Of a stretch of DNA of 64,000 nucleotides, positions 1 through 8,707 are shown piece after piece. The stretch spans positions 2,848,001 through 2,912,000 of the forward strand of contig CP084167.1 in assembly GCA_021513715.1 (NCBI GenBank), in the 5' to 3' direction. A model generated the notes under the pieces. The model worked only from the letters and a program-made list of their open reading frames with translations, searched no databases and had not been told where the DNA came from. The DNA comes from Candidatus Heimdallarchaeum endolithica (lineage in GTDB: Archaea; Asgardarchaeota; Heimdallarchaeia; Heimdallarchaeales; Heimdallarchaeaceae). The position numbers and the translations under genes were made by a program. How positions within the stretch are numbered: position 1 is the stretch's first letter; each line of letters opens with the position of its first letter.

Positions 1-2
1 TT

Positions 3-182
3 GCTCGTGGAATTATCAGCGCAAAAGAAGAATTGAATATAAAAATTCCAATGGTTATTCGACTAATAGGAACGAATGACAAAGAGGGAATAAAAATATT
101 AGAAGAAAATGGTTTTCATGCTTTTGGTGAAATGAAACCTGCAGCAAAGAAAATAGTTGAACTTGTTAAAGGAGGAAATTAA
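3..182 (+). CDS. sucC: Succinyl-CoA synthetase beta subunit, C-terminal fragment (truncated by window edge)
   Basis: Frame 3 reads ARGIISAKEELNIKIPMVIRLIGTNDKEGIKILEENG...KIVELV*; the RLxGTN motif is typical of SucC; lies directly upstream of sucD. Confidence 0.9.
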   Translation, partial: ARGIISAKEELNIKIPMVIRLIGTNDKEGIKILEENGFHAFGEMKPAAKKIVELVKGGN

Positions 183-183
183 G

Positions 184-1059
184 ATGGCAATTTTATTAGA
201 TGAAAATACAAAAGTAATTGTTCAAGGTATAACAGGAAAACAAGGACGTTTTCACGCTAAATCAATGTTAGACTATGGAACAAAAGTTGTAGCTGGTGTC
301 ACTCCAGGAAAAGGAGGAGAGGAAGTACATGGGGTGCCTGTGTTTGATAGCGTAAAGGAAGCTGTTGATGCAACAAATGCAGAAGCTTCAGTTATTTTTG
401 TTCCAGCACCCTTTGTTTATTCTGCAGCAATGGAAGCTATAGACGCAGGAATAAAACTTCTAGTAATAATTACAGAAGGAGTACCAGTAAAAGATTCAGC
501 CAAAATACGTAAGAAATGCAAAGAAACAAATGTTCAACTTATAGGGCCCAACTGTCCTGGATTAATTACTCCTGGGAAGAGTAAGATAGGAATTATTCCT
601 GGACAAATTTGTATGCCTGGTAATGTAGGAATTGTTAGCAGAAGCGGAACCCTAACATATGAAATCATTCAAAACCTTACTCTTAATGGGTTAGGCCAGA
701 GTACTTGTGTTGGTTTAGGAGGAGATCCAGTTCATGGTATAGATTTTACTGAAGCTCTTGAAATGTTTGAAAATGATGAGCAAACTGAACATATTATCTT
801 GGTAGGAGAAATAGGTGGTACAGGAGAACAAGAAGCTGCAGAGTTAATAAAAGAAAAAATCACTAAACCTGTTTATGCTTTTATTGCTGGAAATGGAAGC
901 TGGGTTAAACCTGGAAAACAAATGGGACACGCAGGAGCTATTGTCCAAGGTGAATCAGGGACTGCTAAAGCAAAAATGGAAATTCTTTCAAAAGCAGGAG
1001 TAGTCACGGTTCGTACACCTCAAGAAATACCCGAAAAAATTAAAGAAAAGAGTAGTTAA
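184..1059 (+). CDS. sucD: Succinyl-CoA synthetase alpha subunit
   Basis: VQGITGKQG, IGPNCPG, SRSGTLTYE, phospho-His motif MGHAGA; ATG at 184 follows GGAGG. Confidence 0.97.
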   Translation: MAILLDENTKVIVQGITGKQGRFHAKSMLDYGTKVVAGVTPGKGGEEVHGVPVFDSVKEAVDATNAEASVIFVPAPFVYSAAMEAIDAGIKLLVIITEGVPVKDSAKIRKKCKETNVQLIGPNCPGLITPGKSKIGIIPGQICMPGNVGIVSRSGTLTYEIIQNLTLNGLGQSTCVGLGGDPVHGIDFTEALEMFENDEQTEHIILVGEIGGTGEQEAAELIKEKITKPVYAFIAGNGSWVKPGKQMGHAGAIVQGESGTAKAKMEILSKAGVVTVRTPQEIPEKIKEKSS

Positions 1060-1079
1060 CCTCTCTTTTAATCTCTTTT

Positions 1080-2240
1080 TTATGTATTGAAAGTTTTTTC
1101 GAAATTGTAGGGGGTATCATGTCCAAAACGTAGGTGTATAGAATAGGAAATTGAAATAGTAAAAGATTGTGAAATATTAAAATCTGAAGTAGGAACTATA
1201 ATTGAACCTCCAATAGTTAAATCCCCTTCTTTTTGATAGAAAGAGTACCAGTACATGTAAGCTAACTCTTTATCATTTTGTATTAGAGTAATATTGAAGT
1301 TTTTCAATACTTTATTCCATGTTCCATCGTGTGAAAAATAGATCTTATAAGCAATAAAGTAAATTTCTCCATCATCATATTGTTGAATTTGAACAAGGCT
1401 GATGTCTTTAATTCCTGTTTCTAAGTTCCTGTTACTTACAATAGTATCTAATATTGGAATAAAAATTATTAAAGAAATAATAAATACAACTGATATAATA
1501 ACCTTATTTCTAGATTTTTTATCTCTAAAAGTGTTAACAACTTTGTTTTTGATTCTTTTTGGCAATTGTTGAAAATATCTGAAAATCTTATCTTTAACAC
1601 TAACTTTTTCTTTTTTTGTATTTTCTTCTTTGCATTTTTCTTCTTTCTCTTCTTTTTTTTCTTTCTCTTCTTCTGGGCTTAATATTAAGTAAATTAAGAC
1701 AATAATTAGAAATCCTATGACTAGATATTGAATAAAAGGATAGGCGCTTAACCATAATCTCAAATAACCTATTTTTGGTATTAAAAACACTGTTTTTCCT
1801 AAAATTGCATCATAAGGAATTAATGTTGATGAAATATTGTAAGAATCAACATAATTATTACTATCTGGGTTATCTCCACTTACTCGATAATAATATTCTA
1901 TTCCTTCATTCGTCGAAACTTTGGTTATATTAATTACTCTATGAATTATAAGTAATTTCTTTGAATCAGGAATACTGGGGTTGAGATTGCTGCGATAAAC
2001 TATTACATCCCCCATGTGAATATTATCAGGTTTTGACTTAACAATAAGAAACATGTCCCCTTGATCATAGGTTGGCCACATACTTGAATGAGGTCCATTT
2101 TCGATAACAACAAGTGATGTTCCTAGTATTCCTCCTGTTAGCATTTTAAGGATGACAAACATGATTGATGCTATGATGATAAATGAGAAAACATCTTTCC
2201 ACTTAATTTTAGATAAATATTCAGAAATTGACTGAGACAT
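1080..2240 (-). CDS. Signal peptidase I (S26B/Sec11 type) with extra C-terminal TM plus beta-rich domain (SPC22/23-like)
   Basis: N-terminal TM, catalytic Ser (SSMWP), GDVIVY, catalytic His (IIHRV), GDN motif, GK..F.IP.IGY; ~200 aa C-terminal extension. Confidence 0.85.
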   Translation of the reverse strand: MSQSISEYLSKIKWKDVFSFIIIASIMFVILKMLTGGILGTSLVVIENGPHSSMWPTYDQGDMFLIVKSKPDNIHMGDVIVYRSNLNPSIPDSKKLLIIHRVINITKVSTNEGIEYYYRVSGDNPDSNNYVDSYNISSTLIPYDAILGKTVFLIPKIGYLRLWLSAYPFIQYLVIGFLIIVLIYLILSPEEEKEKKEEKEEKCKEENTKKEKVSVKDKIFRYFQQLPKRIKNKVVNTFRDKKSRNKVIISVVFIISLIIFIPILDTIVSNRNLETGIKDISLVQIQQYDDGEIYFIAYKIYFSHDGTWNKVLKNFNITLIQNDKELAYMYWYSFYQKEGDLTIGGSIIVPTSDFNISQSFTISISYSIHLRFGHDTPYNFEKTFNT

Positions 2241-2312
2241 TGATTGATGGAAGTGATTTCCATTTTTAAATATTTACTTTTTTATCGGAAAAAACTTAAG
2301 CACAGATTCTAA

Positions 2313-2618
2313 TTGACAACTATAATGTTTAAGCAGATCGCAGCAGATATTGATAAAATAAGGTGGGAATATAAAAATAAAATTCTTTTTATAGAGATTA
2401 CAGGTTTCCTAAGAAGTGCTGGATACACTTTAATCGAACCAAAAGTTAAAATTTCTGAACACGAAAAAAAGATTTCTATTTCCCTTTTATCAAGAAGAAA
2501 AAAAAATATTGCCACTCAAGCTTTAGTTCCTTTTACTAAAAAAATAGAGTTTTCTATTTCATCTAAAGGTACTTGGCAAGTTATTTGTAACGATAAAGAA
2601 GAAATCATCGATATTTAA
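2313..2618 (+). CDS. Small hypothetical beta-rich protein, possibly PrcB-C-like
   Basis: SAGYTL...ISISL...TQALVPF resembles the GGY...TQA.T.P pattern of PrcB C-terminal domains; weak. Confidence 0.45.
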   Translation: MTTIMFKQIAADIDKIRWEYKNKILFIEITGFLRSAGYTLIEPKVKISEHEKKISISLLSRRKKNIATQALVPFTKKIEFSISSKGTWQVICNDKEEIIDI

Positions 2619-2719
2619 ACCTGTAATTTAGTTTTTTGATAGTATTTTTTTTTATTCATCAAAAAATATTTTCTTCTGTTACACAAAAGTTTAATTATGT
2701 CTTTTTTGTCGGTTATTGT

Positions 2720-3073
2720 ATGGGTACTGATACAAAAGATTCTCTCTATTTATTATCAAGAGAATACTTGAAAAGATATGGAAAAATAATAGATGATCTT
2801 TCAGAAATAGAAGGACTAAAAAGAAGTGCAATAAAATTTCTAGTTAAGGTAAAGAATCACTTTCTAGGTGTTTGGATTCTGGATTGGAAAAGGAATGTGG
2901 GGACAGATAAAATTATACATATTGAACGTTTAATCCAAAGATCAAACCTTAGTGGTGGATTTATTATCACTAATAAGTTCTCTTCAAATGCAAGACAACT
3001 TGCAGAACAGACTGACAGTTTGATTTTAATTGAAAAATCTGAAATTTTATATCACTCAAAAGGCACATTTTAA
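2720..3073 (+). CDS. Mrr-like restriction-endonuclease-fold protein, probably catalytically inactive
   Basis: W.R.VG...I......GGFIITNKFS.NA...A....ILI matches the Mrr_cat second half; D and (Q/E)xK catalytic residues not evident; ATG at 2720 preferred. Confidence 0.6.
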   Translation: MGTDTKDSLYLLSREYLKRYGKIIDDLSEIEGLKRSAIKFLVKVKNHFLGVWILDWKRNVGTDKIIHIERLIQRSNLSGGFIITNKFSSNARQLAEQTDSLILIEKSEILYHSKGTF

Positions 3074-3211
3074 CTTTTAATATTTCTTTAATTTATTTTA
3101 ATTAGACTGTCTCTTTTGTTCACTTTTTAGATAAGAAATATAATAAGACTATCGCTACTTTTTTAAATTATAAATTCGTAATATTTTTAGAAACTCATAA
3201 AAGTGATTAAT

Positions 3212-3610
3212 ATGATGAAAAAAAGAGGTGTTTCTCCAGTAATTGCAACAGTATTGCTTATAGCTCTAGTAACAGCTGCTGCAGCTATTGTATTTTTGGT
3301 AGTTTTACCAATGGTTCAGAATCCTGGTGCACAAGCATTGATTACTACTCCAAATGGAGCTATTGATAATGGAAATGGCACTATGACTTTTAATTTCCAG
3401 ATTAAAGCGACAGGAGGAGATATTACAGTCACTGATGTAACTGTGTCTCCAACAGTAACAGTTAGTTTTACTGCTATAACAATAAGTGCAGAATCTACTC
3501 AAACAGTACAAGTTTGGGGAGCATTTACTGATAATACAGAATATACATTTACTTTTACTTTTACATCAGGAGATAGTTCTTTCACTGAAACAGTATCTGT
3601 AACAGCATAA
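3212..3610 (+). CDS. Archaeal type IV pilin (class III signal peptide)
   Basis: MMKKRG/VSPVIATVLLIALV.AAAAIVF is the PibD/FlaK cleavage motif plus hydrophobic helix, followed by a Thr-rich beta domain. Confidence 0.9.
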   Translation: MMKKRGVSPVIATVLLIALVTAAAAIVFLVVLPMVQNPGAQALITTPNGAIDNGNGTMTFNFQIKATGGDITVTDVTVSPTVTVSFTAITISAESTQTVQVWGAFTDNTEYTFTFTFTSGDSSFTETVSVTA

Positions 3611-3615
3611 AACAG

Positions 3616-3655
3616 TTTTTCTTTTTCTTATTTTTTATTTATTTATTTTGTTTTT
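3616..3655 (+). terminator. Oligo-T archaeal terminator after pilin gene
   Basis: Several T-tracts immediately after the stop codon. Confidence 0.55.
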
Positions 3656-3706
3656 AGAAATTTGCTTATATTTATAACCTATTAAGTTTACACTTATACG
3701 AGAGTA

Positions 3707-4408
3707 ATGGAAAGCGCTGCAAAGTTGTTATTTCAATCTATTAGCTCTATATACGATTCAACAATTAGTAGTAGCGCGCTTCAATCTCAAATCTGTTTTA
3801 AATCTTTAAATAAACCCACTTATTATTATGGGATACGTTTAAACGATTCTATTATTCCTGATAGATTAATTATAAGAATTACAGAGAATAAAAAGGATAT
3901 TTTCATTGATCTATTATGGTTAGTTAATTCTCATGATTTTATAATTAAAAATTGTGCACTATTCTCTTATCAAAAAAAGAAAATTACATGTTCTTCAAAT
4001 TCAAAAGAAGTTAAAATCCTACTAGAGCAAGATCCTTCTATTTCAGCTTGTTATGATGATCTTATAAAAGTAGAGGGATTATTTCAGAAAATTCTTGTAG
4101 GTTCTAAATATTGCTATTTTCAGAAAGTTTTCGATGAAATAGGGGTTGACTTTGATAAAATTCCAACACAATCATTTGCTATCTCTAGAAGTGTTTTAAA
4201 ACAAAAAGAATTAAGTAACCTTCAGTATCAAGACTTTGCAATTAATTCTTTTATTGCAATAATTGATATTGTACAACGTTCATTTGAATTATTAGATTTA
4301 CAAAGAAAAGGAGAAAAAAATATAAGCAAAGTATACTACTGTGTTCGTTGTGGTTATAAAATTCCATCTTCCTCTTACTTTTGCCCTTTTTGTGGTGCAA
4401 AACAATAG
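3707..4408 (+). CDS. Hypothetical protein with C-terminal zinc ribbon
   Basis: C-terminal CVRCG...FCPFCG. Confidence 0.7.
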   Translation: MESAAKLLFQSISSIYDSTISSSALQSQICFKSLNKPTYYYGIRLNDSIIPDRLIIRITENKKDIFIDLLWLVNSHDFIIKNCALFSYQKKKITCSSNSKEVKILLEQDPSISACYDDLIKVEGLFQKILVGSKYCYFQKVFDEIGVDFDKIPTQSFAISRSVLKQKELSNLQYQDFAINSFIAIIDIVQRSFELLDLQRKGEKNISKVYYCVRCGYKIPSSSYFCPFCGAKQ

Positions 4409-4516
4409 ATACACTTACTATTGCTTTTTTATTTTACCTCTTGTTCTTAATTAAATCCAGTTATGAAAAAAGATGGACAATAAGGCTTATTTATAAGAGA
4501 TTTATAAGACTTTTCA

Positions 4517-5230
4517 ATGATTGTAGAAGACGTTTCCAAACCACTAAGTTCTACAGAATTAGAAGAGCTAATACATGTCTTATATAGCAAGGAGATATCT
4601 GTTAAAGAGTTTGTTGATTCTATAAAGACATCTAGAGATGAGACAATTTCATTAATTAAACATGAAAATGTCGTCTATGGTTATTTTCTGTGGGCAAAAG
4701 ATGAAGAAATAGATGAAGAGGAAAATAAAGTGCTGCAATCTATTTTTACGATTGAAGATTTGGTATGTATTCCTTCATTCGAAAATTTAAAGGTTAAAGG
4801 GGAATTAGTTTCAATAATTGAAGAAAATGCAAGAAGTAAAGGCTGTAATTTAATAGAAATATCTGTTCCAAGCCAATCTTTTAATATTATTTCAATATTT
4901 TTAGAAAGCAACAAGTACGAGCTTACTTCTTTAAGAGTAAGTAAGGAACTTGAGAGAAAGACTGAATTCGTAAAGATCTATACTGGTATTGAAAAATATA
5001 TTAAACCCCAATTAGTTGAATTACTAGTTTCAAAAGAAGGGACATATCAATTAGAATTGATAGAAGAACCTTCAGATTACAAAAATATTTTAGAACAAGG
5101 TTTCAGTCCTGAAATAGTTAGCGTGATTTTTGATTTAGAAGAAAGAAATACTGATGAGTTATTTGAAAAAATTAATGAAGTTACTGATTGGCAAGAGTTT
5201 TCAATTACCTTAATCTCATATCTAAGCTAA
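4517..5230 (+). CDS. GNAT-fold protein (degenerate) with C-terminal extension
   Basis: VVYGY...IEDLVC.P......ELV..IEE.AR.KGC..IEI pattern of GNAT acetyltransferases; acetyl-CoA motif degenerate. Confidence 0.5.
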   Translation: MIVEDVSKPLSSTELEELIHVLYSKEISVKEFVDSIKTSRDETISLIKHENVVYGYFLWAKDEEIDEEENKVLQSIFTIEDLVCIPSFENLKVKGELVSIIEENARSKGCNLIEISVPSQSFNIISIFLESNKYELTSLRVSKELERKTEFVKIYTGIEKYIKPQLVELLVSKEGTYQLELIEEPSDYKNILEQGFSPEIVSVIFDLEERNTDELFEKINEVTDWQEFSITLISYLS

Positions 5231-5928
5231 TTTTTTAACTTTTTTAATATTTTTCTCGTATTGCTTGGTTTATTTGTAATTATTCCATCTACATCTAGCT
5301 TTAAACATTTTTTTATAGCCCTCTTTCTATCTACTGTCCAAGTAACAACCTTTTTGTTTAGCTTTCTGAAGTATTGAATGTTTGTTCTGTTAAGAAAAAG
5401 GTAATATGGATTTACGCTATCAATATATTCATTTTTAATGAACTCTTTTACTTTCTTACTGGGATATAGAAAAAGAAAAGCAAGAGAAAAACCCAATTTC
5501 TTTTCTTTTAATTCTTCAACGACTTCCTTATAGAATGAACTAACCATTATTTTGGAATAATCAATATTAATTCCTTTAAGGAAATCATAAAATTGTTCTT
5601 TTTTTATTTTACATTTTACTTCTACATTAATACTAATTGAAGGAATAAATTGGTTTAAAACGTCTTCAAGTAATGGTATATTTTCATTGTTGGGTAATAC
5701 AATTTGATTTAATTCTTTAAGAGAAGTTTCTTCAATTATGTAGGATTGGTTTTTATATTTTATTTTGGGATCATGGTGTACAACAAAAAAGCCATCTTTA
5801 GTTAAATGAGTATCTAATTCGATCATATCTGCCCCTTGTTCAACAGCTAAATTAAAAGCTGAAAAACTATTTTCATAAGCTTCATCTGAAGCTCCTCTAT
5901 GTGCAATAATAAGTGGATTATTTATCAT
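5227..5928 (-). CDS. Glycerophosphodiester phosphodiesterase
   Basis: IIAHRGAS, ENS, IELD.HLTKDG..VVHHD, NVEVK, WTVD, VDGIITN. Confidence 0.95.
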   Translation of the reverse strand: MINNPLIIAHRGASDEAYENSFSAFNLAVEQGADMIELDTHLTKDGFFVVHHDPKIKYKNQSYIIEETSLKELNQIVLPNNENIPLLEDVLNQFIPSISINVEVKCKIKKEQFYDFLKGINIDYSKIMVSSFYKEVVEELKEKKLGFSLAFLFLYPSKKVKEFIKNEYIDSVNPYYLFLNRTNIQYFRKLNKKVVTWTVDRKRAIKKCLKLDVDGIITNKPSNTRKILKKLKN

Positions 5929-6028
5929 TAGTTTTTCTAAATTTTCATTCAAATAAATGCTTTTCCCCTTTTTCAATTATAAAGAAACACACTTAAAAAC
6001 GTTGAAAAAAAAGTTCTTTGAGAAAGAA

Positions 6029-7282
6029 ATGACTTATAAAATTAAAAATATAAATCTAGCTGAAGAAGGAAGAAAAAAAATAGAGTGGGCAGAAAGCAGG
6101 ATGCCTGTAATGATGAAGTTGAGAGAAGAATTTTCTAAAACTAAGCCTTTAGAGGGAATGAGAATAGCTGGATGTTTACATGTAACAAAAGAGACTGCTG
6201 TGTTAGTTGAAACACTTGTTCTTGCTGGAGCAGAGGTTTCTTGGAGTGGGTGTAATCCGTTGTCTACAAAAGATGATATAGCAGCTGCTTTAGCAGCAAA
6301 TGATATCTCAATTTTTGCTTGGCATGGAATGACAACTGAAGAATTTTATTGGGCTATAGATAAAACTCTTGAATTTAAACCTACATTGACTCTTGATGAT
6401 GGAGCAGATTTAATATTTAGAATACATTCAGAGTTTCCCCATTTAGCAGAAAATATTATCGGTGGGACTGAAGAAACAACTACTGGTGTTCACAGACTAA
6501 GGGCAATGGAAAAAGCAAATAAGCTATTATACCCTATAATTGCAGTCAATGATACTCCAACTAAATGGCAATTTGATAATGTATATGGAACAGGACAGTC
6601 AACTATCGATGGAATATTAAGAGCAACAAACATTCTTATTGCAGGTAAAACTTTTGTTGTAGCAGGTTATGGCCATTGTGGAAGAGGAGTAGCTAAAAGA
6701 GCATCAGGTTTAGGTGCAAATGTTATAGTTACAGAAGTAGACCCTGTTGAAGCATTAAAAGCCACATTAGAAGGCTTTAGAGTAATGAAAATGGTTGACG
6801 CTGCTGAGATAGGTGATATTTTTGTAACTGCAACAGGAATGAAAGATGTAATAACTAAGGAACACTTTGAAAAAATGAAAGATGGGGCAATAATCTGTAA
6901 CACTGGTCACTATGATGTTGAAATTAACATTAATCATTTAGAGGAGTTAGCTGTTGAGAAAAGAGAATTAAGGATAAATAATGAAGAATATAAATTAAAA
7001 GATGGAAGAAGATTATATTTGCTTGCTAAAGGAAGACTTGTTAATCTTGCTTCTGCAGAAGGACACCCATCAGAAGTTATGGATATGTCTTTTGCAAACC
7101 AATTATTAAGTTTGATTTATCTTAAAGAAAATGGAGGAAACTTAAAGAAGAAAGTGTATGATGTCTCAGAAGAGCAAGATAAGAGGGTGGCTAGTTTGAA
7201 ATTGAAGTTAATGGGTTATGAAATTGATGAATTAACAGAAGAACAGAAGCAATATAGAGACGCTTTCTTTGAAGGAACATAA
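6029..7282 (+). CDS. ahcY: Adenosylhomocysteinase
   Basis: CLHVTKET, CNPLST, DDGAD, EETTTGV, FDN.YGTGQS, GYGHCGRG, GRLVNL, GHPSEVMD. Confidence 0.98.
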   Translation: MTYKIKNINLAEEGRKKIEWAESRMPVMMKLREEFSKTKPLEGMRIAGCLHVTKETAVLVETLVLAGAEVSWSGCNPLSTKDDIAAALAANDISIFAWHGMTTEEFYWAIDKTLEFKPTLTLDDGADLIFRIHSEFPHLAENIIGGTEETTTGVHRLRAMEKANKLLYPIIAVNDTPTKWQFDNVYGTGQSTIDGILRATNILIAGKTFVVAGYGHCGRGVAKRASGLGANVIVTEVDPVEALKATLEGFRVMKMVDAAEIGDIFVTATGMKDVITKEHFEKMKDGAIICNTGHYDVEININHLEELAVEKRELRINNEEYKLKDGRRLYLLAKGRLVNLASAEGHPSEVMDMSFANQLLSLIYLKENGGNLKKKVYDVSEEQDKRVASLKLKLMGYEIDELTEEQKQYRDAFFEGT

Positions 7283-7354
7283 AATCAGAGACAAATCGAC
7301 GGAAGATTTTTAGACTAGAAATAAGTATCTCAATATATAGGAAGAGGTATAGAA

Positions 7355-8641
7355 TTGATAAAGCATCTACTTATCCTAACAACATATGGGCAAATATTTT
7401 ATAGCCAAGAATTTGGAACGGAAGAAACAGTGGATGTCGCTTTAACTGGAGGGTTAATGTCTGCGATATACTCTATGGCTACTGAAACTCAAAGAGAAAA
7501 TATCACTGAGTTTGAAATGATGACTTCTAGAATTAAATTTAGAGAAGAAGAAAATGATCTATTGTTTGTTCTTACTGTCGATAAACGAATGGATGAAAAA
7601 GATGTCGAAGATTTGCTGGATATGATTTCCAAAAGGTTTTTTGAGAAATATGGAGAACTTCGGGTAGATGGGCTTATTTTAAGCGATTTTGAAGAAGATG
7701 TGACAGAAATAATAAATAACAAATTATGGTATCTCGAAACTTCTAAAAGAAAATTCAAGTTTTTTGACTACTTAGCTTTAATTGTTACTTCAGTAATATT
7801 GGGTTGGTATATTTATTTAATATTCAATATTCCAAGTTTTGTTTGGACTCCTTTGCTGAAAAAATTAGCTCAACCAGTAGATTTTGTTCTCTATCTTCTA
7901 ATTTTAATGGCTTCTTTTTCTTTACCAGGATTAGCGTTGTATTTTATTCTAAAGTTTTCTAATATTAAGGATATATTCAGATTCTCAAAAGATTACCTAA
8001 CTAGGCCAACAAGAGCAAGCTACGCAGAGCTATTACCTAACTACTTTTTGTTAAGTATTGTTATTTCTTATGTACTTTACTTTAGTTTTATGGTGTTTAG
8101 TAAAGCTTACTTCTCTGAAATTACAGCTTTTCCAATGTATCCTGGAGCACTACTAGGTTCTGATTATTCACAACCCTTTTCTTTTTATAATATGAGCAGC
8201 TCAGACATTGGCGATCAAGTATTAGTAGGTTCATTTACTTGGTTTAGCTGGGTTTTCCTATGTCCACTTATTTATTCATTAATCTTGGGAGAAAAGGAAA
8301 AGTGGAAATTACTTAGAAATAGTATTTTTATTGCCTCAATTGCAATAACTGCATTACTAGGTTGTTTAGTTGTAGGAGGAGTAATTTACCTGCAAGCTGT
8401 AGGTTTTCATCCTACAAATCCTGTTCTTTTTGCAGATGATGTTTCATCGCTTTTATACCAATTTGTTGCCCGTTTTCCATTAAACATTTTCTTTTACGGT
8501 TTTCTTCTATTTTTGGGTGTAGGGATAAACAGAGTTACTCCTCCTAAAACTAAGGTTTCTTCTCTTCTTGCTATTTGGGTATCAATTTACCTAACACTTA
8601 TTATTCAACGACTATTCTCTGATCTATGGGCTGGAAATTGA
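7355..8641 (+). CDS. Longin-like domain fused to a ~7-TM membrane domain
   Basis: N-terminal LLIL..YGQIFYS...LTGGLMSAI.SMA.E...I..RF..KY longin-type pattern (~120 aa), then seven hydrophobic segments. Confidence 0.7.
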   Translation: MIKHLLILTTYGQIFYSQEFGTEETVDVALTGGLMSAIYSMATETQRENITEFEMMTSRIKFREEENDLLFVLTVDKRMDEKDVEDLLDMISKRFFEKYGELRVDGLILSDFEEDVTEIINNKLWYLETSKRKFKFFDYLALIVTSVILGWYIYLIFNIPSFVWTPLLKKLAQPVDFVLYLLILMASFSLPGLALYFILKFSNIKDIFRFSKDYLTRPTRASYAELLPNYFLLSIVISYVLYFSFMVFSKAYFSEITAFPMYPGALLGSDYSQPFSFYNMSSSDIGDQVLVGSFTWFSWVFLCPLIYSLILGEKEKWKLLRNSIFIASIAITALLGCLVVGGVIYLQAVGFHPTNPVLFADDVSSLLYQFVARFPLNIFFYGFLLFLGVGINRVTPPKTKVSSLLAIWVSIYLTLIIQRLFSDLWAGN

Positions 8642-8707
8642 TCTCTCTCTTTTCTCTTTCTACAAAGAATTTTTAAATTCATAAGATAGAAGGTAGATGA
8701 AGTTACA

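Noticed and set aside
7355-8641. 7TM domain as a rhodopsin (helio/schizorhodopsin)
   Set aside because: No retinal-binding Lys within the seventh helix and no recognisable rhodopsin helix C motif
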